A stretch of DNA of 64,000 bases. It comes from Girardia tigrina. Taxonomy: Eukaryota. Of the stretch, positions 26,029-37,500 are shown in pieces. The notes below the pieces were generated by a model that saw nothing but the letters and a program-made list of their open reading frames with translations, was not told the DNA's origin and did no database searches. Position 1 is the stretch's first letter, and each line of letters begins with the position of its first letter. The DNA is taken from the NCBI GenBank assembly GCA_001938485.1, contig MQRK01235832.1, positions 50,472 through 114,471 on the forward strand, in the 5' to 3' direction. The translations under genes were made by a program, and so were the position numbers.

Positions 26029-26682
26029 TGAATTAACGACAATTTCGCTGTTTTATATATAGTAAATTAATGATTATATAAACATCTTGCATAATAAATA
26101 ATTAAATATTTTCAACAAAGTGGAAGAGAGACTTGTTTGAGCATTAATGGACGGATTAAGTGATTTAATCAATAATGCCTCACAAGTAACTCTTTCCCGA
26201 TAGTTTTTAAAATTACTGTACCATATTTTAAAATTAGTTGTTTTCACATTAAAATCATTTCTAAATCTCACAAATTTCAAGGTATGTTCTGCAATAAATC
26301 TCGTACTCCTTTGAGTTTATGTTCCAATCTGGTTTATCAATTTTCGTGTAAGGGGTGCAACATTGGAGAGACGTCTCGTCATCTCTGTAAACGGATTCAG
26401 GGGCATGGACGATTGGGTAATGGGAGTTATATTGCTGGACATATGAAGGGTTGTAAATCGGAGGTGAAAACAACTAATTTTAAAATATTGTGCAGTAATT
26501 TTAAAAATTATCGGGAAAGAGTTACTTGTGAGGCATTATTGATTAAATCACTTAATCCGTCCATTAATGTCCAAACAAGTCTCTCTTCCAATTTGTTGAG
26601 AATATTTAATTAGTTATTACGCAAGATGTTTGCATAACCATCAATTTGCTATATATAAAACAGCGAAATTGTTGTTAATTCA

Positions 26683-26719
26683 GCCTGAAGATGGTGGAAA
26701 ATCCATCGAAATATATTGC
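26683..26719 (+). ncRNA. Minimal hammerhead ribozyme motif
   Basis: GC-CTGAAGA-T-GGTGG-AAAAT-CCATC-GAAA-TATATT-GC. Confidence 0.8.
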
Positions 26720-27727
26720 GACAATAACATTTGATTTTAATGGCGTTTTTGATTTTAATAAAAATTTTCCATTATTTTTAAATCAACTTAAATTAATTTT
26801 ATTTCATATAATTATCTTCTGACTAAAAATTCCCGACAAAAATATATGTAAAATTTTATCAAAAAAATGTTTTAATATTTTAATCTTGGTTATAATTTTT
26901 TCATTATTTTAATAAACTTTTAATTTAAAATTATGACCCGGTAATTAATTCTATAATAATATGTCCGCTTGTTTTCTAAGTAAACAGGTTTTATAAACAA
27001 AACTTGTCTTTTTCCAGGAAAAGACCATTGGAAATTCTCGCGAATCAAAATTCCAACAATTATAATAATTTTTAAAAAAACTAAAAACAAAAGTTGACTT
27101 TTTGATGGCCAAAGTGATACAATGACTTTTTAGTTGAATGAGTTTTCTCATTGAATAGATCAAATGAATGCTATAAAATTTTTATGAAGTAATTCAACAA
27201 TTCATTGAGTGAGACCAAATAGAAAAAAGCAGTTCACACAAAATATAATATAATAATATAAAAGTCTCAAAAATATTTTATTATCTTGTAAAAGAAAATT
27301 AAATCATGTTTCAGTATGTAATTATGCTCGGGTTTGGATACTTTAGAGGTATATTAAAAAAAACAAATGAAAGCCTAACTTAAAATACATGAAATCGAAA
27401 TTTAGATAATCAATTTTTCCTTTTAAAATAAATAGGAAAAAAGTTTAGTTTATTGAATGACTTATCTTAGCATACCCTTATCTTAACCCTTAGGTAGAAT
27501 TTTATTTATACAAGTATCTTTTGGGTAACTTACGCAGAGCGTTCAATAAGTACACAACCTAAGGTAAGAAAAATGTAAAACCAAATTTTAATTTCAAAAC
27601 TTTAATATATTAATTTAAAATTATTAAAAAAAAAAAAAAAATTAAAAAAAACAAATTAAAATTTGTGAATAAATTGAAATAAAATTGGCAAGTTATTAAA
27701 ATCAAAACTTGAAAGCCAATTAAAAAC

Positions 27728-27766
27728 GTTTATTAATTTCGACGGTTTAACCGTCATCGTCAGAAC
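27728..27766 (-). ncRNA. Minimal hammerhead ribozyme motif (sense to afadin pre-mRNA)
   Basis: Reverse complement of 27864-27902. Confidence 0.82.
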
Positions 27767-27863
27767 AACTTTGTTGAGAGTTTTTAAATGATGTGCTGAT
27801 TACGTATTGATTGCATAATCATTAACTGCACTATATAAGTAAATTTCGTTTGAAAAATCATTT

Positions 27864-27902
27864 GTTCTGACGATGACGGTTAAACCGTCGAAATTAATAA
27901 AC
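27864..27902 (+). ncRNA. Minimal hammerhead ribozyme motif
   Basis: GTT-CTGACGA-T-GACGG-TTAAA-CCGTC-GAAA-TTAATA-AAC. Confidence 0.82.
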
Positions 27903-28814
27903 GTTTTTAATTGGCTTTCAAGTTTTGATTTTAATAACTTGCCAATTTTATTTCAATTTATTCACAAATTTTAATTTGTTTGTGTGATTTAATAAATTAA
28001 TATATGTTTTAATTTCTGTAATTGTTTTATTTTATCAAACGCATTAACTTTTTTTGCCACATTTTGGATTTTCGTCAGTGCAAGGATTTCAGACGTCGAA
28101 TATAGGAGCGTTCTTTGTTTCGACGAAGACGACGTGCAGTGAGATATACGATCTTTTGCAGCCAACTTATTTACATGATTCCTCATGTAAAAAAACTGTT
28201 TTTCCTCAAACAAATCATGTCAGCCACAATAAATATTTCATACAGTTCATGAAAAAGAATCTAGGAAAATTCATTGATTGCAATTAACCGACAGCAATTC
28301 ATCACCGGTAAATTAATCGACGAAAAATTCATAGTCACAACAATTCACTGAGCAGTTTCACTGATTTAAATGGAAGAAAAGTGTAACTGAAGCTCAATAA
28401 ATGCTTGTATAAGTTTATAGATACAATTTTCGAACATAATCATCATTTATAGAAAGGTTGTACAATTTCAAACACAAACACGGTTGCATTGCTCAATAAA
28501 GATTCGAGTCGTAAATGAGAATGATAAATGAGTATGAAGCAAATTCCTAAAATTAGTAAACTATTCTTGGTTGAGAACTCACAAATACCAATCAAATAGA
28601 CAAAAGTTTAAATGTATATAAAATATTTTTACATCTGTTAGAAAAAATACTGGTTAAAAGGTTGCAAAGCTTCCTTTTGAGTAATTAAACATTCTACGGT
28701 TAATAGCAGTTTTAAACAGTCGAAAATTATATTTACCAAGTGTCTATAACCGACAGAACACATTTCTTTAATGATTACAATATAATACAAGGGTCTTGAT
28801 AAAGGTGACCTTAC

Positions 28815-29092
28815 CTTGAATCTGGTAAATTCGGCATTCTTGTTGGACTGCAATAAAATCTGCAAAGGCGATTCCCATTTCTTTAAAAGAACTTCAGATT
28901 CGACCTTTTGACTATTGGGTGCCTTATATACACATTTGACTAAACAGTAATCCTTTTCCTTTTCGTTTTCTAAACTGTACTTGTCCAGAATCTCCCGAAT
29001 AACGAATTCAGCAGTATCATTTATTGACAACAACAGAGATTTGTATGGAATAAGAGGGTTAAGGCTTTCACCGTAGATTTTAAGAGTACCAC
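28815..29092 (-). CDS. AFDN: Afadin exon 5, RA domain 2
   Basis: GGTLKIYGESLNPLIPYKSLLLSINDTAEFVIREILDKY...DYCLV...ESPLQI. TTTAG acceptor, GTAAGG donor. Confidence 0.92.
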
Positions 29093-30049
29093 CTAAATTA
29101 AAAAAATTCTAATTAAATGAAGTAGAAATAATTTAATGGGGGTCAAAATTAAACAGGGTAGTGGTTCAAAAAGGTCGCACTTAATTCTGAGCGGGTCGTA
29201 AAAATGAAAATTAAAAATATTTAAGGTCACAAGTGCATTTAATGTCTGTATTATAATAAATCGTCGTCCCATGTGATTGGGAAATATAAACGTATTTATG
29301 ATTAGGGAATGTATTTTTTCCTGAGACTCTATATATCTCTCCCAAGAAATGCTTTAAATATCCGACTTTAGAAAACATTATCTTTAAATCCAAGAAAGCT
29401 ACTCTATTTCGATAACCTACATTTGCAAGTAATGCTCAATGCTCAAAGTGCAATGATTGTCGAGAAATAATGAAAATCTGGATTCTACTGGTTAAAAGTC
29501 TGCAAATTTTATTTAAAAATTATGGTACAGACTTAAGGGTTTTTCTGAATAGATTCTATCACAAAATTTTGCCTTTTTTGGATTGGGATTACTCAGTGAC
29601 AGTCGATTTTAATGTCTTGATAGGTCAGGAAATCAGATCCTAGGATTAGTCGGTTGATGTCTGCAAGAATGAAGTGATATTTGAAGGTTATATTTATCTC
29701 AACAATACGAAATTTGAGTCTCAGTTTTCCATAGGTAAAAATGTCGTTGCCGTTTGCTGCTATCGATTTTCAAGTGCACGAGAAAAAGTCGGAACTGAAT
29801 TGATTTTTCGGTGGTATGCTGATAGACCCCATGTCAATTGTTCTTTCATATCACATTTTCTTGATGCAGTGATCTAGTGATAACTATTCTTTTCCGTCGT
29901 CCGTTGTTTAATCATCATTAATTATACTGTTCATCACGTTAATGTAGTCCTTGTATTTTTAATTAATACTGTACATAAAAGGATTTATGGTAAGATATTT
30001 ATGTTCATTGAATCTTTTTCTACTGCAATTATACTGAAAATTGATAAAA

Positions 30050-30252
30050 CCTCTTTTTTGTAACTTAAAAGCATTGTTGATAAGATCATGTGATCCAAAA
30101 ACTAATATTCAAACACCACTCTCAACTAATTTGTTAAGAGTTTTCGATTAGACTTACGTAAGTGATTGCACAATCATTCATTTCTTATATAAAAGCAATA
30201 AAGAAGAACATAATCAGTGATCTGATGATGACGGTTAGACCGTCGAAATATA
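30050..30252 (+). mobile_element. Penelope-like 3' end with a hammerhead interrupted by a DNA transposon
   Basis: LIRSCDPKTNIQTPLSTNLLRVFD*, then TGAT-CTGATGA-T-GACGG-TTAGA-CCGTC-GAAA-TATA. The motif resumes as TT-ATCA at 31601-31606. Confidence 0.8.
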
Positions 30253-31598
30253 CAGGGTGGCCCAGCGGGTGCGGACTACGGGCAAAAAAAGAAAAAAACC
30301 CTGAATTATAATCAGTATAGTTTCTTCTTTTCTATAGTACACGTGTTTTTATTCTATCTTTAGTCTTCTATTTTTTTAAAAAATGTCGACATATTCAATC
30401 GAAGACCAAATTTTCATGGTAAAAACCTATTACTGGAACCAATGCAACTATAACAAGACGATGACAGCGATGAGGAAGAAGTTCAGACCAAATGGACCAT
30501 AAAATTCAACAGTTTAAAGGTGAGAAAAAGTGATATTCTTGATTTTCAATAGTTTTTTGATTCCACTAACGTAGAAAAGTTCGAAAGACTAGGTTCCGTT
30601 AAAGACGACAAAAATGGAATTGCATCAGCAAAATTTACGATCCGGACATACGATAATTCCAAGAGAGTACAAGAATATTACAAGGCAAATACAAGAGCAT
30701 CGCAAAGAAGAGCGTCGCAAGAACTAGGAATCAGTCATTCATCAATTCAGCGAATCATGAAATTGGAGCTTCATCTGTTTTCGTACACGATTCAGTTTCA
30801 TCAACGGGTTTCGCAGATTGCTACCGAGAAAAGATTGGAATTTTCGAATACGATGATAACAATGATAGAACACGAGGAAATTGATGTAAATAAGATTTGG
30901 TTCACCGATGCAGCCCACTTTCAACTGTCTGGATACGTCAACAAGCAAAATTATCAATTTTTGGGAACTTAAAATCCACATATCGCTGAAATGTCACCAT
31001 TACATCCTGCACGAGTAACGGTTTGGTGCGCTATCAGCGCAGAAATGGTAATTGGGCCCGTTTTCATAGAAGGAACAGTGATATCAAACACCTACACGAA
31101 TCTTCTACAAAATGAGTTTATTCCAATGGTTTCTGGACTTGGTATAATGGAAAATTTCGGGTTCATGCAAGTTGAAGCAAGGCCACATCGAATAAGTCAA
31201 GTTTTTGATGTCTTAAGTGTACATTTCGACACACGAATCATTGGATTGGACTCAGAAAAGCATACTGGAAAGGGAATCGATTGGCCACCATAATCCCAGG
31301 ACAAGAACCCCTGTGATTACTTTTTGTGGGGATATCTCAAGTACAACATCCACAGAAGCCCTTTAAAATCAAAAGACGACTTTAAAGCAGTTATTGAGAA
31401 TCAAATCAAGTCCATAAAATCTGATGTACTTGAAATAGTTGTTCAAAACCTTGAAAGTCGCTTTAGGCTTTGTGTAACTTCGCATGGATCACATTTCGAA
31501 AATTTAATTTCTTAAATTATTAAATAAAATGTCTTTTTCAAACGTTTGATACCAATTTTGGCGATTTTAAATTAGTCCGTACCCGGTGGACCACCCTG
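30253..31598 (+). mobile_element. rosa-like (DD41D-related) Tc1/mariner transposon, full-length but inactivated
   Basis: 26-bp TIRs CAGGGTGG(C/T)CCA(G/C)CGGGT(G/A)CGGACTA with TA TSD on both sides. Motifs WFTDAAHFQLSGYVNKQN, VTVWCAIS, FMQxxARPH and WPP*SQDKNPCDYFLWG. Confidence 0.92.
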
Positions 31599-31899
31599 TA
31601 TTATCATAAAATATATTTTTTAATGATGTTTATTTGTTTTTATTAAAAGTAAGCAATAAAAATATAACACCAATAAATACACAAAGTTCTGAAACTGTAA
31701 ATCGATCATTCAGTCGTTTACATCAAAATGGTACCCTGGATCCATCACTGAATATTTACTTTCACAGCAACAATAGAAATAATTAAATAAAAAAATCAAC
31801 CATAACTTCAATCATTTAAAATGTTTGAAAATAATCAAAATATTTAATTTTGTAAACAATTAATCAATATTCACTTTTTCCGTTCTTTTTCATCAAAAG

Positions 31900-32370
31900 A
31901 TTGAATAAGAAAGATTTAGAGGTCCATCTTTCATTCTCTTGGAATCTTTCACAAGGCGTTTAAAAATGGTAATTTTATATTATATTTCTTTCATATTTAT
32001 CGTGTCCTAATTGAACAAAAGAATTTTTAAAAAAGTTTGGAATTGAAGATGAAATTCAATAATATTTTGTTAATGTCATCAACGAAGGGGTTCTTGACCT
32101 TTGACAGAATCTACCCTCGATTTTCCATTACACAACCTGCATTACTAGTACAATATTCATTTCTTTTGTCGATACAAAAAGTACACACAGTATCCAAAAA
32201 AGTAAACAGCGTGTCCAGAGAAGTACACAGGGTGACCCACAAATTACAACGTGTCCTAAAATTCAGAGTAAGAAAATCAAGCAGATTTATCGTCACGGTC
32301 CATTGGTGTAACCCCTGTCAAAAACACGGCATCATCAAATATTGGTATTGTGACGGTCAATAAATAATAG
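31900..32370 (-). mobile_element. Decayed Gypsy RT/RNase H fragment
   Basis: Weak remnants resembling MPFGL and FLDD-type motifs; many disruptions. Confidence 0.35.
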
Positions 32371-32660
32371 ACATATTTTATCAGTTTAAACTAAAATTTA
32401 CTCAAAATCACACCTCAGAACAATCAAATAAATTAATAACAAACGCTTATGAATGAATTGACTTTTAACCTCAACAATGAAATAATAAGTTTTTACATTT
32501 AATTATCTTCCTATTAAGAACACCAATGTGACTTATCATATTTTTATTAGCATAATAAGTTATATTGTCCGCAAGGCATTAGACTCGTCGACTCTTTCGT
32601 ATGATTGCATTCTAACTAATTGATTAATGACTTTAATCTTATCATCTGAGCGAATGGAGA

Positions 32661-33424
32661 TGTGAGGAATATTTTTGAATGGTGTTTATTGTGTGTTGTT
32701 TGGTATGTTGTTTTAGAATTGTGTTTCTCCCACCCAGATGGAAGATTGATATCTTAAATATTTTAAAGTGTCGAGTTGTTTAATCAATTATTAAAAGTTA
32801 AATAATCACTTTAAAATCAAACTAATATTTCATAAATAATATTTTAATAATAATTTCTTAAAATAAATAAAAATTATTTTAAATTTCAATTATAAATAAT
32901 TTTTGTAATAATTTAATTATAATTTAAAGTATAAATTATTTTTGTAATGATTAAATTGTATTTTAAATTTGTTTGAATAATACGACGTTAAAGAATATTA
33001 TTAAAGATTATAAATCAAGAACGATGACGAGCTACGCAAGTTTTACGGAGAATTGTTGTAGTGACAATTCAAAGTGTGATAATAATAAATGTAAAGGAAA
33101 CTCAATTAATGTTCTTAATAGGAGAAATAAATAATTTGTTAAAATATTTACTCAAAACTTATTGGATAGAAATTAAAATGATAATTAATTATTTAAAAAA
33201 TATTAATTTGATTTATTTATTAAAAATTGTAAAAATTAATTAACTTATTTAAAATTGTAAAATTATTTGAAATTAAAAATAAATTTAAACATCACATATT
33301 TTTAAATAAAAAGAATTAAAATATTAATCCTCCATCTGGGTAGGAGAGAGATATTTCCAAATCAACACACATCATTCAAACACAAAATATCAAACATTCA
33401 AAATATTCCTCACAACTCCCTTCC
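32661..33424. mobile_element. Two convergent LTR-family copies (plus from 32661, minus from 33414 with adjacent polypurine tract)
   Basis: Both start TGTGAGGAATATTTT and carry the CCCAGATGGA.GATT motif. GGAAGGGAGT precedes the minus copy. Confidence 0.65.
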
Positions 33425-33495
33425 ATTATGTTTAACGGTAACAAATCAAAGGTACCAATTCATTTTTATTAAATAATTAAACATAACCAAATTAC

Positions 33496-33766
33496 CGGCA
33501 TTAATATTTCCACTTTCTGAGATTTCTTTCAATTTTTCTTCTAATTTAAATTTACGTTTCATTCTCATCAGTGATTCGGGATTAGAAATGGTTCGTGACA
33601 AAAAACTCGGAGTAGACATGAAGCTCGATGATTTCGATAATCGTTTGGATGATTTTGATGGATTTTCCCGACAAAATTTATCGAGACACCGATTTGAAGG
33701 CGAGTTCAGACACGACCGCGATCCTAATTTCTCTCTTTTGCTGTTAGTCCTATTCCGTTGCCCAAC
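33496..33766 (-). CDS. AFDN: Afadin exon 4, RA1-RA2 linker
   Basis: Open frame containing SFLSRTISNPESLMRMKRKFKLEEKLKE (afadin SFTRTISNPEVVMKRRRQQKLEKRMQE). 54-nt upstream intron, GTAATT donor. Confidence 0.88.
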
Positions 33767-33820
33767 CTGAAAGTATCATACGAATTATCTTCGAAAAATC
33801 TCCCACCTACTGCTACTGAC

Positions 33821-33924
33821 CTTGCCACTCGTATCTTTCCGCAAGACAAACAAACCATCCCTGTCATCTCGGCACCATAGCAGTTGTAGCAACAGAGGAT
33901 TCTCCTCAGGTCCTAGCAGCTTGT
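33821..33924 (-). CDS. AFDN: Afadin exon 3, end of RA domain 1
   Basis: DKLLGPEENPLLLQLLWCRDDRDGLFVLRK resembles EKPLVVQLNWNKDDREGRFVLK. TTTCAG acceptor, GTCAGT donor, phases fit. Confidence 0.9.
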
Positions 33925-34189
33925 CTGAAATATAGTCATAATTATCAGCAATGTAATATAACACTGATTATTCAATGATAATTGATAAAAAACAATTTGA
34001 TAGGTTCTCAGTTGGCACAAACACTTTAGTTTAATTTCTTTCAAAAATCGAAAATAATATCAAATAGTTTACAGGTGATAAATTACTAGCTAATGATGAA
34101 AATTGTTTATTTTCAAAAAGCGTGATTGTATATCGCCATTTTTAGATTATTTGAACTATTTACATCTTAATAGAGTTTTCAAGTTTAAG

Positions 34190-34330
34190 CTCAAAAAGAA
34201 TGGTTTTCACCATTTTTTGCCGATTAGGTCTATGTCATCAGCAAATCGTAGGTTGGTTATTCTTGTTCCTCCGCAGCTTATTTCAACATCGTCTAGATCT
34301 TCTATTGCTTCCATAACAATGTCTCTAATT
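34190..34330 (-). mobile_element. RTE-type RT fragment, abutting a Penelope RT fragment at about 34090-34170 on the plus strand
   Basis: RITNLRFADDIDLIG on the minus strand; ISPFLDYLNYLHLN on the plus strand. Confidence 0.6.
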
Positions 34331-34943
34331 AAGATTTAAATAATCGATATTTATTACTTGTCCCTTCTTCAGAAAATTACAAAACATTTAATTTTCCATT
34401 TTCAAATCAATCGATTGTAAATCTTTAAATTTAAAAATTTTATCCCAAATTTACATAAGTTAAAACATTTTCTGCAAAAAGTCTCCAACCCCTCTTAGTT
34501 TTTGCTCGACTATAGTAAACATCAAGTGCCTTGTAAAGATGCAATGTGCTCTGTACATACATCAGAGATTTGTGTCGTTATTTCTGCAAACGGTTCCATG
34601 AGCATTGACGGTAAAATAATGGTATTAATATTGCAGGATATGTCGAAGTTTGTAGGTCAGATAAGTACCCGATTTAAAAGTACTTTGCAGTAATTTCCAA
34701 AAATATTTGAAGAGTTTTTATTAATTGAATTAATCAATTAATCTATCAATAGTGTACAAACAACTCTCTTCCACTGTGTTGAAAGTATTTTATTAGCTTT
34801 GATATGAGTTGATTACGAAATCAAAATTTTAAAATATTGTACAGTATATTTATTGTCCATTTTATGCCCGAATATAGTGAACATTCAGCCGAAGTATATG
34901 AAATATTCGAGACACTTTTCTAATTTAATTATGTTATGATTAA

Positions 34944-35816
34944 ACACTTCTGTGATTTGCCCGAATCCAATTCGGGTAGGTATTTTGCTGACACAGTGAT
35001 TTGCCCGAACTGGATTCGGGCAAATCATACACGAAACTTTTTATAGTGATTTGCCGAAATCCAGCTCGGGTCATTCCCCCACCAACACATCGCGCGCGTT
35101 TAGTGACACATGTCGTAACTTGATCTGGAAAAAGTTTTATTATAAAATATTTTTGCATTTATTAGATCAAACGATATGGAATTCTTACGTTATTTATACG
35201 AAGCGGGGGGGCATGAAAACCCACTTGCAGTTTCGATTGGATCTANNNNNNNNNNNNNNNNNNNNNNNNNNNNNNNNNNNNNNNNNNNNNNNNNNTGGAT
35301 CTAATTGAAGAAATATTGGAGAAATATGCGACAACAGAAGAATATCTTGGACGTCAATCATACACACCACCGACATCGCGATTATTGGAAAGGCATTTTT
35401 TGGAATACATACCCACAACGGCGAAAAGAGATAAACCTACCAGAGAGTGCAAAGTTTGTTGCTCGTGGAAGGACCCGAAGGGCAAAAAAATAAGAAGAGA
35501 AACCCGAACCTACTGCCCTGATTGTAATGTAGGGTTATGTCTGGAATGTTTCAAAATATTCCATACAAAAAAAAGAATACTAATTTTTTATGTAAGTTTC
35601 AGTTTTTAGGTAATGTTTGATTCAAATAAAATATGTTTGATGAAAATGAAACATTTTTTTCCTTTGTCCTTTGATTTTTTTTCTCTACTAATATTGTTTA
35701 TTTATGTTTTATACCGATTTATTATATTTCAAAATATGATAAAAAAACATAATAGTGAAAAAAAAGGGTTGCTTTTTTTGACCCACTTTTTTCCAAGAAG
35801 TTGACCACAGAAGTGG
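34944..35816 (+). mobile_element. Internally deleted piggyBac element
   Basis: TTAA on both flanks, TIR (A/C)CACTTCTGTG, subterminal GTGATTTGCCCGAA repeats. Motifs YKIFLHLLDQTIWNSYVIY and the Cys-rich tail CKVC...TRTYCPDCNVGLCLECFKIFH. Confidence 0.9.
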
Positions 35817-36170
35817 TTAAACAATGAATCATATAAAGATTTTAATTTTAAAATATAGATGGATAGAAAATTTCTGATCGACATGACATTTAATTATTTT
35901 TTTAATATAAAAAATAAACAAACAACATACGAAAATGGTTTATTAACCCAAGGGTTTTTTGGAAATTATACTGTCTTCCAAAGGTTCGACAAAACGGTAA
36001 ATGTGTTTACTAATATTCCGTTACATAAAACAATTCAGTTATGTATTGAACTTTGGGATGAGTTGGTTGAAGATATATCGAAATCAATGAGTACTAAAGT
36101 CTTAAAAATTGAATTTATTTAATTATTTCATATTAATATTATAAATTTTTAATATTTTTTCTGAAAAAAT

Positions 36171-36215
36171 CCGCTGTAAAGTCGCCCGCGGTAAAGTCGC
36201 CCGCGGTAAAGTCGT
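36171..36215 (+). repeat. 15-bp tandem repeat x3 (CCGCGGTAAAGTCGC)
   Basis: Read directly from the sequence. Probably a transposon subterminal repeat. Confidence 0.8.
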
Positions 36216-36604
36216 CTCGCCATATACATGCATAAAATAAGTCACCCGTCTGAACTTTGCTGCTTATAGTAAGGCTCGTCAGACGGGACTGGCAATAAAT
36301 AACTATCATTTATGAATAAAATAGAGGTATTTAACTAAACCAAATGTCTTTTCATAATATTTAAACACACACGTCCTTATTTTCTACTGAAATACAGATA
36401 GATCATAGACTACATTTGCTGCTCCAATGGTCCAAATTGTCCATGCTGGACCATTTGGGCCCTATATCGGGATAGGCTTCTACCTACTGGGAATCCTAAA
36501 TAAATAGACGACTTAAACGAGTTGTTCATTATAATTTAAAACACGCGCCAATAATTTATGAATGTCTTAGTTGTAGTCGCGATATGATGAATGATAGAAC
36601 TGAC

Positions 36605-36794
36605 CGACAGAATTGGCCCGCTCGTACAGTCGATACTCGCGCTCGTCCCGCTCATCCGATGGAATAAAGAACTTCTCCATCAAGATCGGAATCAGCTCCT
36701 TCACTCTCAGCTCGTTGGACACGCGCAAACATTTCGTCTGGAACTTCTCGCTGTTCTCGTAGAAGAATCTCATGACCCCGGTGAATCGGTAGTT
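36605..36794 (-). CDS. AFDN: Afadin exon 2, RA domain 1
   Basis: NYRFTGVMRFFYE...TKCLRVS...LMEKF...YRLYE resembles afadin FHGVMRFYFQ...TKCIRVSS...EKF...YSLYE. Donor GTCAGT, phase 1. Confidence 0.9.
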
Positions 36795-36844
36795 CTAAAT
36801 CACGATCTGTATTCAGACAACACACGACGATCGCCAAAGACTAC

Positions 36845-36922
36845 TTGGTCCGGCGGACTGATCTTGAACAGCTCCAGTCTCGACGAGTTCCATTGATCGA
36901 TCAAGTGAACGACCGTACTCAT
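36845..36922 (-). CDS. AFDN: Afadin/canoe exon 1 (ATG; MSTVVHLIDQWNSSRLELFKISPPDQ)
   Basis: Matches the afadin N-terminus (IxxWNxxRLDLFEISQP). Followed by a GT donor and a 50-nt intron ending TTTAG. Confidence 0.85.
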
Positions 36923-37500
36923 TTCACCACACGAATCGAGATCAAGTTTATTTTCTGTTGATTTGATCGAAATTAAACGGGAAACTGTCGATACGAAAAA
37001 TCATAGAAAGAGAAAAGATATTTATTCGTTTGAAAAAACACGCGTTATTATGATTAAATTTGATTGATTTAAACAAACCATTCGAAACCAGTTTTAATAT
37101 TGTTTGATGAACAATTTTGTATACTGAAATTTTTTTTAAAGAAAACGTTGAAGAAAAACGATGTTTTGTATTATAAGTTACGTAATTCGAAAAGTTTTTT
37201 TTATTTTAATTAAAATTTCATGAAATTATATAATATAATTGCTGGAATTTCATGGAGCTTACGTTATATTTGTATTTTATTATTTAATATCTATCAAGGG
37301 AATTGTCAAAATATTTCATGAATTAAAATAAAGCGGAAGAAATTTAGAGTTGAGTGGAATATTTTTAGTGCTTATTGTAGGCTCTTAGGTATTTCGTTTT
37401 AGGAATGTGTTTCTCTCACCCAGATGGAAGATTGATACTTAAATTATTTCAAAGCGTCGGATTATTAAATCAATTTTAAAATTTAAATACCTAACTGTAA

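Larger units (their letters stand above)
25953..26758. mobile_element. Penelope-like element with inverted pLTR (295-bp arms)
   Basis: Arms 25953-26247 and 26464-26758 are colinear reverse complements. GIY-YIG ORF 26284-26613 (NLVYQFSCKGCNIGETSRHLCKRIQGH). Confidence 0.9.
27649..27981. mobile_element. Penelope-like pLTR fold-back (120-bp inverted arms)
   Basis: Arms 27649-27768 and 27862-27981. The 93-nt loop encodes the GIY-YIG tail (TLLRVFK*). Confidence 0.85.

Noticed and set aside
35238-35303. 50-N gap inside the piggyBac transposase
   Set aside because: TGGATCTA is repeated on both sides, and merging restores FRLDLIEEILEKY. It is probably an assembly overlap, not missing sequence.
36171-36215. 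Short repeat array as possible CRISPR
   Set aside because: Head-to-tail 15-mers with no spacers, in a eukaryotic context with no cas genes.
36591-36896. Plus-strand 101-aa ORF over afadin exons 1-2, and similar antisense ORFs over TE genes
   Set aside because: Antisense shadows of GC-rich coding sequence on the other strand.
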